From Ranitomeya imitator (lineage: Eukaryota), in NCBI RefSeq assembly GCF_032444005.1, contig NC_091288.1, positions 201,934,001-201,998,000 on the forward strand: a stretch of DNA of 64,000 bases, read 5' to 3'. This document shows, in pieces, positions 23,176 to 40,170 of this stretch; position 1 is the stretch's first letter; every line of letters begins with the position of its first letter. Under the pieces are notes generated by a model. It did not search any database, was not told where the DNA came from, and saw only the letters and a program-made list of their open reading frames with translations. The translations under genes and the position numbers were made by a program.

Positions 23176-26100
23176 TCAGACCGCCGTGCTATTGGGTGAT
23201 GATGTCATGTGACCAACGGGAACGTCAGACGCTCCGCCCACTGCAGCTGATTGGTGGTTCTCCAACTGATATTTCGCTTTTCAGCACCCTCCATATAGCG
23301 CTGTAAAACACGTATAATGCTGAATACATCTAAATAGTGCTGTGAAGCGCCATATACCGCAGTGCACCCTCATATAGTGCTCTATGTGTTAATGTAGCTC
23401 TGTTTACCCTTCATGTGCTGCAGTATACTCCAATATAGTGCTGCTATTCATCTGTATAGTGCAGAGTGCCCCCATATACTGCAACTTACTGACAAATGAC
23501 TGTGCCACTTCCAGAGCTCGGCCGTCATGGCCCTGCAGGAGGCCAGCGAGGCTTATCTGCTGGGGAGTCTGGGGATGTACTAGATTTTCTCGGCACCACC
23601 ATCCGCATGTGGGGTGCTGCTGTAATCCCGTTCATTATCCTCATTTTTCCTCTGCACATTCCCACATCCAGCCAAGTGATCGCGGGGTCCAGTATACTCA
23701 TCAGCATTGCCAATACTTCGATATGTAGCAAAGAAGGAGTGGTGTAAAAATTTGGGGGGCATTTTGAGGGCAACCCAAACGTTGTGCCCCACCAAAAAAT
23801 GTCCCGGTTGACCCAAAACATTCTGAAAAAAATTACCACACACTCTTATAGTGTTCCTCTACACACCCTGAGAATTTGTGGTCGACAGACCCAAACCGGG
23901 CTTAGCAGTGACCTTGCGCAACACAGACTTCAATGGGCAGGGTCACTTTGGGGAGTCTCTGCTCAGCCCAGTTTGTGGCTATCATCAACCCCAAATGTTC
24001 AGGGTGTGTAGCTCTAGTGGACCAGTGCTGTAAAAATTTAGGGGGCATTTTGAGATGACCCAAAACATATGCCCCTCCCCACCCCCAAACTTCTGAACAA
24101 ATTACCCGACACTCTTGAATTGTTCCTCTACACACCCTGAACATTTGGGGTCGATGGGCACAAACTAGGCTGAGCAGTGACCCTGCGCGCGATAGGCTTC
24201 CATGGGCAGGGCAGCTTTGGGGGGTAACTGCTCAGCAGTGCACAGATTGGGGCTATCGACTTCAAATTTTCATAGTGTGTAGAGGAATAATTCATGAGTG
24301 TGGGCTATTTTTTTTCTGAATACCTTGCTCTATATACTGTACACACTGCTCTAGATATTGTACACTGCTCTATATACTGTACACACTGCTCTATATATTG
24401 TATACTGCTCTATATACTGTACACTGATTTACATACTGTACCCTCTCCTGTATATACTGTACACACTGCTACTGTACACTCTGGTCTATATACTGTGTAC
24501 TCTGCTGTATATACTGTACACACTGCTCTATATACTGTACGCTCTGGTCTATAATACTGTACACTGCTGTATATACTGTTCACACTGCTCTATATACTGT
24601 ACACTGCTCTAAATACTGTACACACTGCTCTATATACTGTATATACTGTATATATACTGTATATATTGCTGTATATATACTGTATATATACTGTATATAT
24701 TGCTGTATATACTGTACAATCTGTTGCACAGTCTGTATACACTGCTGTATATACTGCATACTCTGCTCTATATACTGTACACACGGCACTATGCTATACA
24801 CTGCTCTATATACTGTACACTCTGGTCTATAAACTGGACACTGCTGTATATACTGTACTCTGCTTTATATACTGTACACACTGTTGTATATACTGTAGAC
24901 TCTCCTCTATTATCTGTGACACTTATTACACTGCTGATCTGGGCTGTGCAGATGTGATGTTGTGCACTATATATACTATATACAGCTGTGTTCTCTGTGT
25001 AGACGCTGGATTTTGTGTCTCCGCTTTTCTCCCAATATTCCCCTTTTGCACAACAGTGGGGGTCACATACATGCATGAATATTTCAGTTTTCTCCCGAGA
25101 TGTTCATGTGTTTGGTTGGGGAGTCGCGCTGTGCAGCTGTCGCCTCATCAGAGCTCTTCCCTCCATTACAGGCCGCAGCGGTCACAGCTTCACACTGGGT
25201 AAGACACGATATCAGGCAGGTGATTGCAATCAGCCCCCGATATGGATCATCTACTGATGTGGAACACGTGTCCCCCCAATACTCTGCACATACGGGGTAG
25301 AGTGATATCACAGGTCAGGGAGGTGGCAGTCAGCGGAGGCCGTCGCCTGTGTTACCCTTCTGGGTTCTCAGCAGCTCCAGCTGGTCCCCACATCGTACAA
25401 TCAGCTTCCTGTGCGATAGACACTGGAGTAAAGATCCCTGTGATGGTGACAAGAGCCGGGAATAGGAGGAACGAGCTCCCGCAGCAGATTTATCTACCCG
25501 GACACACAGTGATGTGCAGATCGGGAGGACGGCGGCGATAATCTCCGCAATTTCTAGGCGTTTCCACTAGTGACGGCTACAAACGGTCGGTGGAGATGAT
25601 GGAGAAGGAGAAGCGACGGAGGAATCGCGCTCTGCTGTCCGGTGTTAGCCGGTAAAGGGTTTTTATCCCGGGCAGGGAAGCACAAGGGGAGAGCGGAGCT
25701 TCACTACCTGCCAGCCCTTATGCCGAAGTGATCAGATTCTATTCTGTGTAATCCGCTCATGTAACCAATATTGGCGGAGGCTGCGGGGAGTTATAGATTT
25801 CATGTCTTATAAAAGCAGCTCAGCGGGTTATCGATTGTGCAGAGGTGTCAGTATGTGCATGTATATATGTGTATGTACATACCCCATACACCCTTGTATC
25901 ATTTACCAAATAGTACCGTAACAATGAACAGCATCAGCGGTTCCAGCTCCATAATGCAAACAGGGGGCAGCACAATAAGATGGGGGCAAACACCAGTATA
26001 TGTCAGGACTCGGGAGACTTAATGTTAGTCAGATAGGAGCTCTGCACTTCCGCAGCCATTTAATCTCATTCAATGAGCCACCACCTCCTCCCCGCAGAGC

Positions 26101-29100
26101 TGTATGATCAGTGCCACCACCTTCTCCCAACAGAGCTGTATGATCAGTGCCACCACCTCCTCCTCGCAGAGCTGTATGATCAGTGCCACCACCTCCTCCC
26201 CGCAGAGCTGTATGATCAGAGCAACCACCTTCTCCCCACAGAGCTGTATGATCAGTGCCATCACCCACTCCCCGCAGAGCTGTATGATCAGTGCCACCAC
26301 CTCCTCGCAGAGCTGTATGATCAGTGCCACCACCTCCTCCCCACGGAACTGTATGATCAGTGCCACCGCCTCCTCCCCGCAGAGCTGTATGATCAGTGCC
26401 ACCACCTCCTCCCCGCAGAGCTGTATGATCAGTGCCACCACCTCCTCCTCCCTGCAGAGCTGTATGATCAGTGCCACCACCTCCTCCTCCCCGCAGAGCT
26501 GTATGATCAGTGCCACCACCTCCTCCTCCCCGCAGAGCTGTATGATCAGTGCCACTACCTCCTCCCCGCAGAGCTGTATGATCAGAGCAACCACTTCCTC
26601 CCCAGCAGAGCTATATGATCAGTGCCACCACCTTCTCCCCACAGAGCTGTATGATCAGTGCCACCACCTTCTCCCCTTCATTGTCTGTTCTAGTTATATG
26701 GAGATAATGGTCCTTGTATGCAATGTCCAGTAATGATTCCCGAGAGCAGCAGACGCTCCCTGAGGACCCATCTATGCCCAGCAGAGGACACTCATAGCCA
26801 GAGACCGGTACCGGGAGTTCCCTCTCCTCACGCTGCAGAACAGCAGAGCGGGCTGGGGACTAGTGACCGGTGTCACCCGCACTCAGAGCAGCCTGCAGCT
26901 GAAGGAGGAATCCCCCCTAACAAGGAATGTGCCAGTGACACCCTGACAGCGGAGAAAGGACAGGCAGAACACGCAGCAGCCGGGACTCTCCTCGCTGCGA
27001 GCTCCGGTACACAGAGGGGGGCAGGAAGTTCCGGGCTCAGGAGACGGGGACATCACCTGCCATGGGGTGTAAGGGGATGATCTGTAGCGCTGCATCTAAT
27101 TATTGGGGGAAGCTCATTATCACTTACCAGACGCATTCAGGTGACATTAATGAGCCGCAGGCAGCGAGGCCGCCGAGTACTGTCCTCAATGGGGAGCAGC
27201 ATTATAACAATGAGAATAACTTGCCCCCACTGTGATTTTCTTGTTATACGAATTGACGGTTTACTTTATTTTAATAACACTTGTATTGCAAATGACAGAG
27301 ATCATAAAACTTAGATATAACCTGTTTCTTCATATGAAGATTTACATTCACAGAACATTTATTATCTTCCCGTAGAAGATAATGACAACAGCTTAGATGG
27401 ATAAAACCATAAGCAATGGAGAAAGAACACAGAGAAAGAATTCCAAAACCTGTCATTCCTCAGTTGCTGGAGCTGTAGAATGATGGGCTGCACAGATTTT
27501 AGAGGATCATCTCTTCATTGTAATAGCTGAATCATTGGAATAGTGATATCCAGCAGGAGACATATGTCAGGACTAATAGTAACAATGCAACAATGAGGCA
27601 GACTGAGGTGTGCACTGACTTGCAGAGAAGCAGCAGTAGTCTGAAGAAGCTGACAATTAAGAACAGCTGTGTACAACCATCTCCTATCTGTAAGCCGCTA
27701 GGAAATTAATTGTTAAACACTTATCTGCTTTTGGAGGCAAAAGAAGACGCTAAATGCTCCTGAGTAACCTCATATCTTGTATTTTACTAACATGTTTTTC
27801 TTTTCCCTTATTTAGGCTATTCAATTTTAGTTACCATATTACATTTCTCCTGTAACTCTGACCTGCTTGGACTGTTGTCTTTTCCTACACTTTTATCATA
27901 TTTGATCCTTTTTCTTACCCTATTAAAATTTATATTTACCGTCCCTCTTTTATTTATGTCTGATATAAAACTGTTTGTGTGTATTGATTATACTTTAAAA
28001 AACAAAAAAAACTACAAATCGCTCTGAGTTCAGTGGCTTTTTATTCCAGCTCTTGCTCCATGGATCGTCCGATACTTTGTGGTCTCGTATTAATTGAAGT
28101 TTATGATTCTCACTTTGTTTCTCCAAAGAAAACATTTATTTATTAAATGACTCCACGGTGATTTGGAAGGTGATTACAGGAGATTGCTGTTGGTGGACTT
28201 TATATCACATCACAAGAAGCTGCGGAAACTACAACAAGCGGGAAATTCAAAATTCCTACCCGCCCTGTGTGCAGCCAATCTGCAGAGGAAGGGGAGGGGC
28301 TAACGTTAACCGTTTAGGAACGTGGAGTTCCCGCTGAGTGGCTGATGAATTTTCCGTTTTTTGTCTTTCTGTAGTTTCAGGACGATCAGATGTCCGAAAA
28401 GTGTTTGTGTGGAGCGATCAATGGTCACTTGTGTCCCATACAGGAGTTTATATATTTCCAGGATCAAGGGAGAAGTATCCGCTTTCTATAATAGAAGGTG
28501 CAGAACTTTGCGACTATAGTGACTCCATCAGACCAGCAATATTCAGTGCAGGGAATATACAGAAACGAGGTCATGCAGATTAGAAACAATCTTAAAATTG
28601 GGGTGGGGAGTCTAAAATGCTGATTAATGTTATCTAGGGAAACCTACTATAGAACTGTAAACTCCTGCAGTGAGAAGAATAACAGGAAATATCGCAGAGT
28701 AGATGGGCGCCCTGTATGGTCACATATGAGCATTCTTGCCGCATCCAGTCCCATCACACATCAATATCTTTGCGGATTATTCTAGTATTGGTCCTGATCA
28801 GGGCGCACAGGGAAGAGGGGATGAGATTATTACATTTCCGCATATATGTATTTACTCCCCCACACACTGCAGACTGAGCCGCGAGTGACCCAGAGACCAG
28901 ATGTTACCGAGCACAAGTGATCCCTCCGGGCATAATTATATGTGAGGAATGAGCTCGTCTTGAGGGAGGATTTAGTGGCTCTGAAAAGAGCCTTTGTGTT
29001 GTGGTCGGTGCCGGGGCAGATCTAAGCTCTCTCCCCACGGATCCGGCGGGCTTGGGAAAACCAGGTTTGTCTTTCTAGGTCAAAATATTGGAAAAGACTC

Positions 29101-29327
29101 TGGTCCCAGATCACACACTGCGGGCACATCCCAGAATCTGGATAATGCGGCTTCATTCCTTCGACCGGGAACCCAAAGCATTAGTGGCTCAGTAAAGGTT
29201 CTAAACGATATATTAACTTTAAAACCACCAGGAACAAGAGCGCAGGAATAGGAAGGTGCAGCCTCTCACTGAGATGTGGGTGGCTCTGAAAAGAGCCTTT
29301 GGGTTGTGAGGACAGAAGAGAACACAA

Positions 29328-29690
<363 letters not shown>

Positions 29691-30915
29691 TTATATAGAG
29701 AGTGAGCGGACCGGAGCGAGAACTGTACAGATGACGCGTTTCCGGGGCGAGATTTCTGGTACTGAATTTGCAGTTAGCCCCTCCCTTTAGTCTCTGATTG
29801 GTTGAGCACAGAACAGTTGCTAATTTTGAATTTCCCGCTTATTGTGCTCTTATTTCCCCGCTTCTCTATTCTTCTCATCTCGGCGCCGCTGCTAGATCTG
29901 TTGGTTATTTCGATTTTTTTTCATTGTTATTTATGTTGCTAGTTTCCAGCTTCTGCCAAATGTTAGCTAGTAGAATAAAAAATATATTCTAGGGACAATA
30001 ATCTACAGAAAACTCGTGATCCCCGGCAGTCACTCATCATTACACGTGGTGCCGGACTGGCGGCCATTACCGGTCCCTCAGAGCAGGGAGCTGCATGTAA
30101 CCAGTCACCCTGCGGCTCCAGCCCTGGAGAAGATGGGAAAAGTCAAATATACGAGAATTGCTTAACGACCCACCCACCACAAATGCGACCATCGCAGCAC
30201 ACGGGGGAGGGATCTGCTCAGACCAGTGTCAGGCAGAATAGATCACATAAAGGCGTCATCACCGATCTGAGGGACAAATGAGGTTATTAACAGAAACTAA
30301 GCGCAGAGATCTCCGATCCGAACAAAAGAGAACAACCTAAAGCCGCAAGACTGAGGAGGCGGCACTAGGACCCAGCGCGTGAGACAGCAGATTGTGATCG
30401 GTTATGATCCTCAGGAGCGCGAGCAGCAAATGAGCGGGAATTTCAAATCCACCAGCGGATCGGTAAATGACCACAAAACATCAGCATAAAGAACCGTTCT
30501 CAGGAACCGACCAATCACCGATTACTTTTACTCCATTAACTCAATAGTGACCGCGTTCCTGCAGATCCACCCCATTTACGTCTGCACTGTATAGGAACCG
30601 CACATCCACCACCGCAAACCCGGTTGTGCACTGTACACACTTTACGCGGTCCTTATAACACGTCGGTTTTGTTATAGATGTCGGACACTTTTGGACTGGG
30701 CGAGAATAGAGAATGTGCAGAGCGATAACCAATATCGCTGATCACCTGCAATATCGGAAGCAGCAGCCTCCGTCCATTTAACTGATCGACCGTGCCTGCG
30801 CTTCGTACACTGAGAATACGCGCAGAAAAGGGACTGCTCAGGAATCGGCTCATTTGGGAGAGACTTTGGTGGCTCTGAAAAGAGCCTTTGTGTTGTGGTC
30901 GCAGCCGGGGCAGAT

Positions 30916-31515
<600 letters not shown>

Positions 31516-31732
31516 CTAATCCCGCCCCTGAAGTCCCCGCCTCTTCCGTGATGCGTCTGTCCTCAGATCACTCATTTGCCGCTTGCTGGAGCAGCTGATG
31601 TATTTGCGTTCAAATGTCCCCGTGTATAGCGCTGTACAGTGCAGCTCCCGCAATATCGACAGATCACACAAACCCCCCATCCTGAGACTGCGCCCAGCAT
31701 CAGTTATATTACAAACATTAGAAGTCCGAGAA

Positions 31733-33281
31733 CTAATCATACAGCTCTGCGGGGAGGAGGCGGTGGCACTGATCATACAGCTCTGTGGGGAGGAGGTGGT
31801 GGCTCTGATCATACAGCTCTGTGGGGAGAAGGTGGTTGCTCTGATCATACAGCTCTGCGGGGAGGAGGTAGTGGCACTGATAATACAGCTCTGCGGGGAG
31901 GAGGTAGTGGCACTGATCATACAGCTCTGTGGGGAGAAGGTGGTTGCTCTGATCATACAGCTCTGCGAGGAGGAGGTGATGGCACTGATCATACAGCTCT
32001 GCGGGGAGGAGGTGGTGGCACTGATCATACAGCTCTGCGGGGAGGAGGTGGTGGCTCTGATCATACAGCTCTGTGGGGAGAGGTGGTGGCACTGATCATA
32101 CAGCTCTGCTGGGGAGGAGGTGGTTGCTCTGATCATACAGCTCTGCGGGGAGGAGGTAGTGGCACTGATCATACAGCTCTGCGGGGAGGAGGTAGTGGCT
32201 CTGATCATACAGCTCTGCGGGGAGAATGTGATGGCTCTGATCATACAGCTCTGCTGGGGAGGAGGTGGTGGCTCTGATCATACAGCTCTGTGGGGAGAAG
32301 GTGGTTGCTCTGATCATACAGCTCTGCGGGGAGGAGGTAGTGGCACTGATAATACAGCTCTGCGGGGAGGAGGTAGTGGCACTGATCATACAGCTCTGTG
32401 GGGAGAAGGTGGTTGCTCTGATCATACAGCTCTGCGAGGAGGAGGTGATGGCACTGATCATACAGCTCTGCGGGGAGGAGGTGGTGGCACTGATCATACA
32501 GCTCTGTGGGGAGAAGGTGGTTGCTCTGATCATACAGCTCTGCGGGGAGGAGGTGGTGGCACTGATCATACAGCTCTGCGAGGAGGAGGTGGTGGCACTG
32601 ATCATACAGCTCTGCGGGGAGTGGGTGATGGCACTGATCATACAGCTCTGCGGGGAGGAGGTGGTGGCACTGATCATACAGCTCTGCGGGGAGGAGGTGG
32701 TGGCACTGATCATACAGCTCTGCGGGGAGGAGGTAGTGGCTCTGATCATACAGCTCTGCGGGGAGAATGTGATGGCTCTGATCATACAGCTCTGCTGGGG
32801 AGGAGGTGGTGGCTCTGATCATACAGCTCTGTGGGGAGAAGGTGGTTGCTCTGATCATACAGCTCTGCGGGGAGGAGGTAGTGGCACTGATAATACAGCT
32901 CTGCGGGGAGGAGGTAGTGGCACTGATCATACAGCTCTGCGGGGAGGAGGTGGTGGCACTGATCATACAGCTCTGTGGGGAGAAGGTGGTTGCTCTGATC
33001 ATACAGCTCTGCGGGGAGGAGGTGGTGGCACTGATCATACAGCTCTGCGAGGAGGAGGTGGTGGCACTGATCATACAGCTCTGCGGGGAGTGGGTGATGG
33101 CACTGATCATACAGCTCTGCGGGGAGGAGGTGGTGGCACTGATCATACAGCTCTGCGGGGAGGTGGTGGCACTGATCATACAGCCCTGTGGGGAGGAGGT
33201 AGTGGCACTGATCATACAGCTCTGCTGGGAGGAGGTGTTGGCACTGATCATACAGCTCTGCGGGGAGGAGGTGGTGGCTCT
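31733..33281 (-). repeat. 36-bp minisatellite (about 43 copies)
   Basis: Copy in unit 2. Confidence 0.95.
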
Positions 33282-33300
33282 TATAAGAGCCTTTGTGGTA

Positions 33301-33957
33301 TCAGAACAGGGGCTGCAGCTTATTTCTTAGCCGCGGGCTTCTTGGCTTTCGCAGCCTTCTTAACCGACTCTTGGCGGGTTTGGCCGCCTTCTTAGCCGGA
33401 CTCTTCGTCACCTTCTTGGGCTTGGGAGCGGCTTTCGGCTTTTTGGGGCTCTTGGCCGCTTTCTTGGCAGCTGCGGGCTTCTTGGCCTTTTTCGGGCTCT
33501 TCTTGGCCGCGGTCGGAGCCTTCTTGGGCTTCTTCGGAGATTTGGCGGCTTTCTTGGCAGCAGCGGGTTTCTTAGGTTTGGCCGCAGCTGCTGGCTTCTT
33601 CTTGGCCACTTTGTCCTTCGTCTCCTGCTTCTTGTTCAGCTTGAAGGACCCGGAGGCGCCGCTGCCCTTCACCTGGAGGAGGGCGCCCTTGGTGACCAGA
33701 GACTTGACGGCCAGCTTCAGGCGGCTGTTGTTCTTCTCTACATCGTATCCTCCGGCAGACAGAGCCTTCTTCAGGGCGGCCAGAGACACCCCGCTGCGCT
33801 CCTTGGAGGCGGACACGGCTTTCACGATCAGCTCGGAGACGCTGGGGCCGGAGGGTTTATTGCTCTTCTTGGCAGCAGATTTCTTCGGCTGCTTCTTGGA
33901 TTTGGCGGCCGGTTCTGCGGGAGGGGGAGCGGCGGCTGGCGCGGTCTCTGCCATCAT
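33301..33957 (-). CDS. H1: Linker histone H1 with frameshifted C-terminus
   Basis: Carries the same frameshift as the unit 1 copy. Confidence 0.93.
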   Translation of the reverse strand: MMAETAPAAAPPPAEPAAKSKKQPKKSAAKKSNKPSGPSVSELIVKAVSASKERSGVSLAALKKALSAGGYDVEKNNSRLKLAVKSLVTKGALLQVKGSGASGSFKLNKKQETKDKVAKKKPAAAAKPKKPAAAKKAAKSPKKPKKAPTAAKKSPKKAKKPAAAKKAAKSPKKPKAAPKPKKVTKSPAKKAAKPAKSRLRRLRKPRSPRLRNKLQPLF

Positions 33958-36900
33958 GTGCTGCGGAAAAACAAAATGAAAATATTTCCTGATAGGAAGG
34001 AAAACACTGAGGCCGGAGCTGGAGGCGCCTGTTATATGTACAGGCTTACTGCGCACTGATTGGCTGCTGAGCTGCACCGTTCTGAGCTTCTATTGGCTGA
34101 CACTGGACATAAACCCCGCCTCCTCCCAGCTGAGTCCGGGTGAAGCACCGCTCTCTCCTTGTGCTTCCCTGCCCGGGATAAAAGCCCTTTACCGGCTAAC
34201 ACCGGACAGCAGAGCGCGCTTCCTCCATCGCCTCTCCTTCTCCAACATCTCCACCGGCCATTTGTAGCCGTCACTAGCAGAGATGCCGGGAAAGAGCGGA
34301 GAACAAATCCCGGGATCATCGCCGCCGTCCTCCCGATCTGCACCTCACTGTGTACCGGGGAGATAAATCTGCTGCGGGAGCTCGTTCCTCCTATTCCCGG
34401 CTCTTGTCACCATCACAGGGATCTTTACTCCAATGTCTATCGTACAGGGAGCTGATTGTACGATGTGGGGACGAGCTGGAGCTGCTGAGAACCCAGAAGG
34501 GTAACACAGGCGACGGCCTCCGCTGACTGCCCCCTCCCTGACCTGTGATATCACTGTACCCCGTATGTGCAGAGGATTGGGGGGACACGTGTTCCACATC
34601 AGTAGATGATCCACATCGGTGGCTGAGTGCAATCACCTGCCTGATATCTTGTCTTAGTGGTGGGAAAGAGCTCTGATGAGGCGACAGCTGCACAGTGCGA
34701 CTCCCCAACCAAACACATGAACATCTCAGGGGAGAAAACTGAAATATTAACGGATGTATATGACCCCCACTATTATGCAAAAGGGGAATATTGGGAGAAG
34801 AGCGGAGACACAAAATCCAGCGTCTACACAGAGAACACAGCTGTATATAGTATATATAGTGCACAGCATCACATCTGCACAGCCCAGATCAGCAGTGTAA
34901 TAAGTGCCACTGATAATAGAGGAGAGGGTACAGTATATACAGCAGAGTGTACAGTATATAGAGCAGAGTACACAGTATATAGAGCAGAGTGTACAGTATA
35001 TAGACCAGAGTGTACAGTATACAGAGCAGTGTGTGCAGTATATACAGCAGAGTGTACAGTATATAGAGCAGTGTATAGTATATACAGCAGTGTACAGTAT
35101 ATAGAGCAGTGTATAGTATAGTATAGTGCGGTGTGTACAGTATATAGAGCGGTGTGTGCAGTATATACAGCAGAGTACACTGTATGTAGACCAGAGTGTA
35201 CAGTATATACAGCAGAGTACACAGTATATAGACCAGAGTGTACAGTATACAGAGCAGTGTGTGCAGTATATGCAGCAGAGTACACAGTATATAGAGCAGT
35301 GTACAGTATATACAGCAGTGTACAGTATTTACAGCAATGTACAGTAAATAGACCAGAGTGTACAGTATATAGAGCAGTGTACAGTAGTGCGGTGTGTGCA
35401 GTATATAGAGCAGAGTATACAGTATATACAGCAGAGTACAGTATATAGAGCAGAGTGCACAGTATAAAGAGCTGTGTGTACAGTATATACAGGAGAGGGT
35501 ACAGTACATAGAGCAGTGTGTACAGTATATAGAGCACTGTACACAGTATATACAGCAGTGTGTACAGTATGTAGAGGAGAGTGTAGAGTATGTACAGCAG
35601 TGTGTACAGTATATAGATCATTGTGTGCATTATATAGAGCAAAGCGTTCAGTATATAGAGCAGTGTGCAGTATAGTGCGGTGTATATAGAGCAGTGTATA
35701 CAGTATACTATTATTATTTTTTTATATAGCACCATTGATTCCATGGTGCTGTACATGAGCGGTGACCTCCCAAAGTGTAGAGGAACAATTCAAGAGTGTG
35801 GGGTACTTATTTCAGAATTCGGGGGGGGGGGGGGGGTTAACGGCCCGGGGGGGGGGCATTTTTTTGAGGGGCATTACTTGTGGGCAAGGTCAATTTGGGG
35901 GGTCACAGCTCAACCCGGTTTTGGGCTATCAACCCCAAATTTTCAGGGTGTGTAGAGTACCCCTAGCGAACCAATAGTGTAAAAAATTGAGGGTGGCACT
36001 TTGAGGGCACCCCAAAACTAATGCCCCCCCACCCCCAAAAAAAAAAAAAAAAAAAAATGCCCCCCTCCCATTAACCTAAAAATTCTGAAAAAAAAATAGC
36101 CCAACTAATGAATTGTTCCTCTACACACTATGAAAATTTGACGTCGATAGCCCCAATCTGGGCTGAGCAGTTACCCCCCAAAGCTGCCCTGCCCATTGAA
36201 GCCTATCGCGCGCAGGGTCACTGCCCAGCCTGGTTTGTGCCTACCGACCCCACATTTTCAGGGTGTGTAGAGGAACAATTCAAGAGTGTCGGGTAATTTG
36301 TTCAGAAGTTTGGGGGTCGGGAAGGGGGGCATATTTTTGGGGTGATCTCAAAATGCCCCCCACATTTTTGCAGCACTGGTCCACTAGAGCTATGGGTACG
36401 CTACACACCCTGAAAATGTGTGGTTGATAGCCACAAACAGGGCTGAGCAGAGACTCCCCAAAGTGACCCTGCCCATTGAAGTCTATGGTGCGCAAGGTCA
36501 CTGCTCAGCCCGATTTGGGTCTGTCGACCACAAATTCTCAGGGTGTGTAGAGGAACACTTTAAGAGTGTGTGGTAATTTTTTTCAGAATGTTTTGGGTCA
36601 ACCGGGGCATTTTTTGGTGGGGCACAACGTTTGGGTTGCCCTCAAAAGCCCCCCAAAGTTTTACACCACACCTCCTTTGCTACATATCGAAGTATTGGCA
36701 ATGCTGATGAGTATACTGGACCCCGCGATCACTTGGCTGGATGTGGGAATGTGCAGAGGAAAAATGAGGATAATGAACGGGATTACAGCAGCACCCCACA
36801 TGCGGATGGTGGTGCCGAGAAAATCTAGTACATCAGCCTCATTCTGGAGAGGTGCTGACATGAAGGATTGATCAGCTCTCCGTGAGAGAGAGCGAGAAAG

Positions 36901-38112
36901 AAAGAGAGAGAGAAAGCCTGATGTGACGCTACCGGGTCTCGGGTGGGGGAAGTCGCCGGTTCTGTAAAGCGAGTGTGTAGTGGGGGTCAGCACACACACG
37001 GCGACTAAGGAGTTAAATGGAGGCGGATATTCCTGTATCTGGGATTGGTCGGCGCCTGCGGATGTCTCTCGCTCATTGGCTGATTACAGATCCGTTGATG
37101 GTTTTGAATTTCCCGCTCAATATCTGTTCTTTGTCCGTCGGATTATTACCGGCCCCTCTGCTGGAGCGGCGATCGCCGATAATACCGGGTCCTGTCCTCC
37201 CAGCTGTCTGCCCCCAAACACGGGGATCGGTTTGCTTATCGGTTGCCATTAATATTCTGGGGAGGTTATAATAGTCTTCAGAGGCGCCTTCCATCCGAAA
37301 CATTAGTGTCCAGGACGTGGTCATCACATAGGAGTCTCCGTACCCGGTACACAGGGCGTCCGTCTATCCAGCTGCCTCAGACAGCCACATTCCCTGTGAA
37401 TATTCGCTGCCCCCTGTTCAGTATAACATCAAGTAGCAGAATCAACACATTCATCTCACGGCAGGACTGTAGTAACCGCATCACTCCGGGGTTTGTACTG
37501 TGTGCATAGAGGGGCCTCCGGGAGGCAGTGTGCGGATATATCCCCCATAAATCTGTGAGGTTTGAGATCAATAAGAAGAAACCGCATCACCCGAAGTTTG
37601 CGGTGCCGGCTCTAGTATGGAAAGACGGGGAGGAAAATAAGAGGGGAGAGTAGAGAAGACACGTCCCAGGCTGTGACCGATACTACAGGCAGCCGCACGG
37701 GGGATATTGTGCCCTGCAGAGACGCTGCGCCCGATACTAATCAGCGCCCAATAAAAGCAGGATCTTAGGACAACATCTTAACAGATTTAGAAAACGCCGG
37801 GAGTTGCTCCGTTATTAGAGCTGTAGAGGGATCTGCTTGGGAAAACCAGGTTAGTCTTTCTAGGTCAAAATATTGGAAAAGACCCTAGTCCCAGATCACA
37901 CACTGCGGGCACATCCCAGAATCTGGATAATGCGGTTTCATTCCTTCGACCGGGAACCCACAGCATTAGTGGCTCAGTAAAGGTTCTAAACGATATATTA
38001 ACTTTATAACCACCAGGAACCAGAGCGCAGGAATAGGAAGGTGCAGCCTCTCACTGAGATGTGGGTGGCTCTGAAAAGAGCCTTTGGGTTGTGAAGACAG
38101 AAGAGAACACAA

Positions 38113-38433
<321 letters not shown>

Positions 38434-39634
38434 TCAGTGAGCAAAAACTGATTCCTGGACAGCACGGACTGCTCCTTTATATGGAGGAAGAATGGACCAG
38501 AGAGAGAACTGCAGAGATGACGCACTTCCGGGACGGGTCTTCCAGAATCTACATTTGCCCCTCCCTTCCTCTGCTGATTGGCTGACCACAGAACTGTTGG
38601 GACGTTTGAGTTTCCCGCTCATTGGTCATATTCTGCAATTATCTTCCCAGCTTGTATTTTATGCAATTTCTTTCCCTTGTGACTAAAGATATCCCACATA
38701 TTTTCATCACCGTTCCAGATCATCGTGGTTCATACCATCCACAATGTATGATGCCCCCACTTATCCCGCACACAGTATGCTGCCCCCAAAGTTATCCTCC
38801 ACATAGTATGATGCCCCCTACACAGCAAGATAACCACACAGTAGGATGCCCCCACAGTTACTGTTTAAGGGTATGATATCCCCAGTTACTCCGAAAACAG
38901 TATGATGCCCTAAGTTACCCCCCCCCCCCCCCCCCCCAACACACACACACACACACACACACACAGGAAATATGCTGCACCCACAGTTACACCCTATACA
39001 ATGTGATACCCCCAGAGCGACCCATCCTCAGTGTAATGTAATGATTAACAATTGTTCATGTTATGGTGAAAGTCTTCCATTAATGGAGATTTGGAAGGGT
39101 GAAAGAAGCAAGAGAAATTAGAAGAGATATTTCATCAGATCAACATCTGGTGATGAAATGTTCATTTTTGCCATTACCTCATGTACAAATCACAAACCAG
39201 AGAGACACATTTTTATGCAGTTTTTTATATATCATGTTATGCTTTAGTAATGCAAAATCACATGACTGGGCCTTTAATTGTAAAGTACAAATTATTAGGG
39301 GTTTTTTTGCTTCTTTTTCATTGTTTGTCTTAATGTGAAAACTGTACTGGCAGCAAAAGGGTTAAAAAACCAGTGTAACAGAAAAATGATCCCTACTACA
39401 TTGCCCTCTATAGTGCCAGAGGCATTTACTCTCTTACAACCAGGACTTACTTCTTAGGCGTTAGGGCAGTGAACCCATTAAATGCTGCAGGTCAGTTACT
39501 GAGTAGCTGTATGATGGCTCCTGGGTCCCAGTAGGGCACTGTATGAAATACCAGGTCGGATCCACTGCCAATTACAGCACAAAGCCATTTTTGGCAGTGA
39601 AATCTGAGTAAGAAAAGTCCCTTCAACATCCACA

Positions 39635-40170
39635 CCAGTAGCAATATGCATCGTGCATCCCCCCATAAAGTGGTTTTGACGTCCTGCAGCAGTGACAGGG
39701 GAGTCTAGCGAAGATAATCGCTGTTTTTCGGCAAGGAACATTCCATGTTATCCAAATCAATTTTCTTTATGACCCCAGTGGCCCATTCTGGTGGGCGCTC
39801 CTGCCGGCCCCAACAACGTCCCCGTCTGCCATTTGCGTTTCTTTTATCGTGTGCTCCAGCCAGTCTCTTCCATGCTGTTCGGAGGGATCAGTGTCCCCAT
39901 TGCAGTTTGGGCTACACAGCGAGAAGGATTTCACAAGCCTTTAATGCCACTGGCCGGTCACAGTCACACAGACAAGTCAATAAGGCCGGAAAAAGCCCGA
40001 CTCTTTCACATGTAACCAGAGCGTCGGAGATGGAACCTGAGCTTCTGCTAGATGGCAGCCCTATAGTGTAAGGGCACGTTAGGGACGGCCCCATCTCCAA
40101 TATTTGTGACATATACACATATAGGAATCCTTAGCCAAACAGTAAACACCTTTACCAAAGTCACGGTTTG
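39635..40170 (-). pseudogene. BRAT1: BRAT1 C-terminal fragment, decayed
   Basis: Copy in unit 2. Confidence 0.88.
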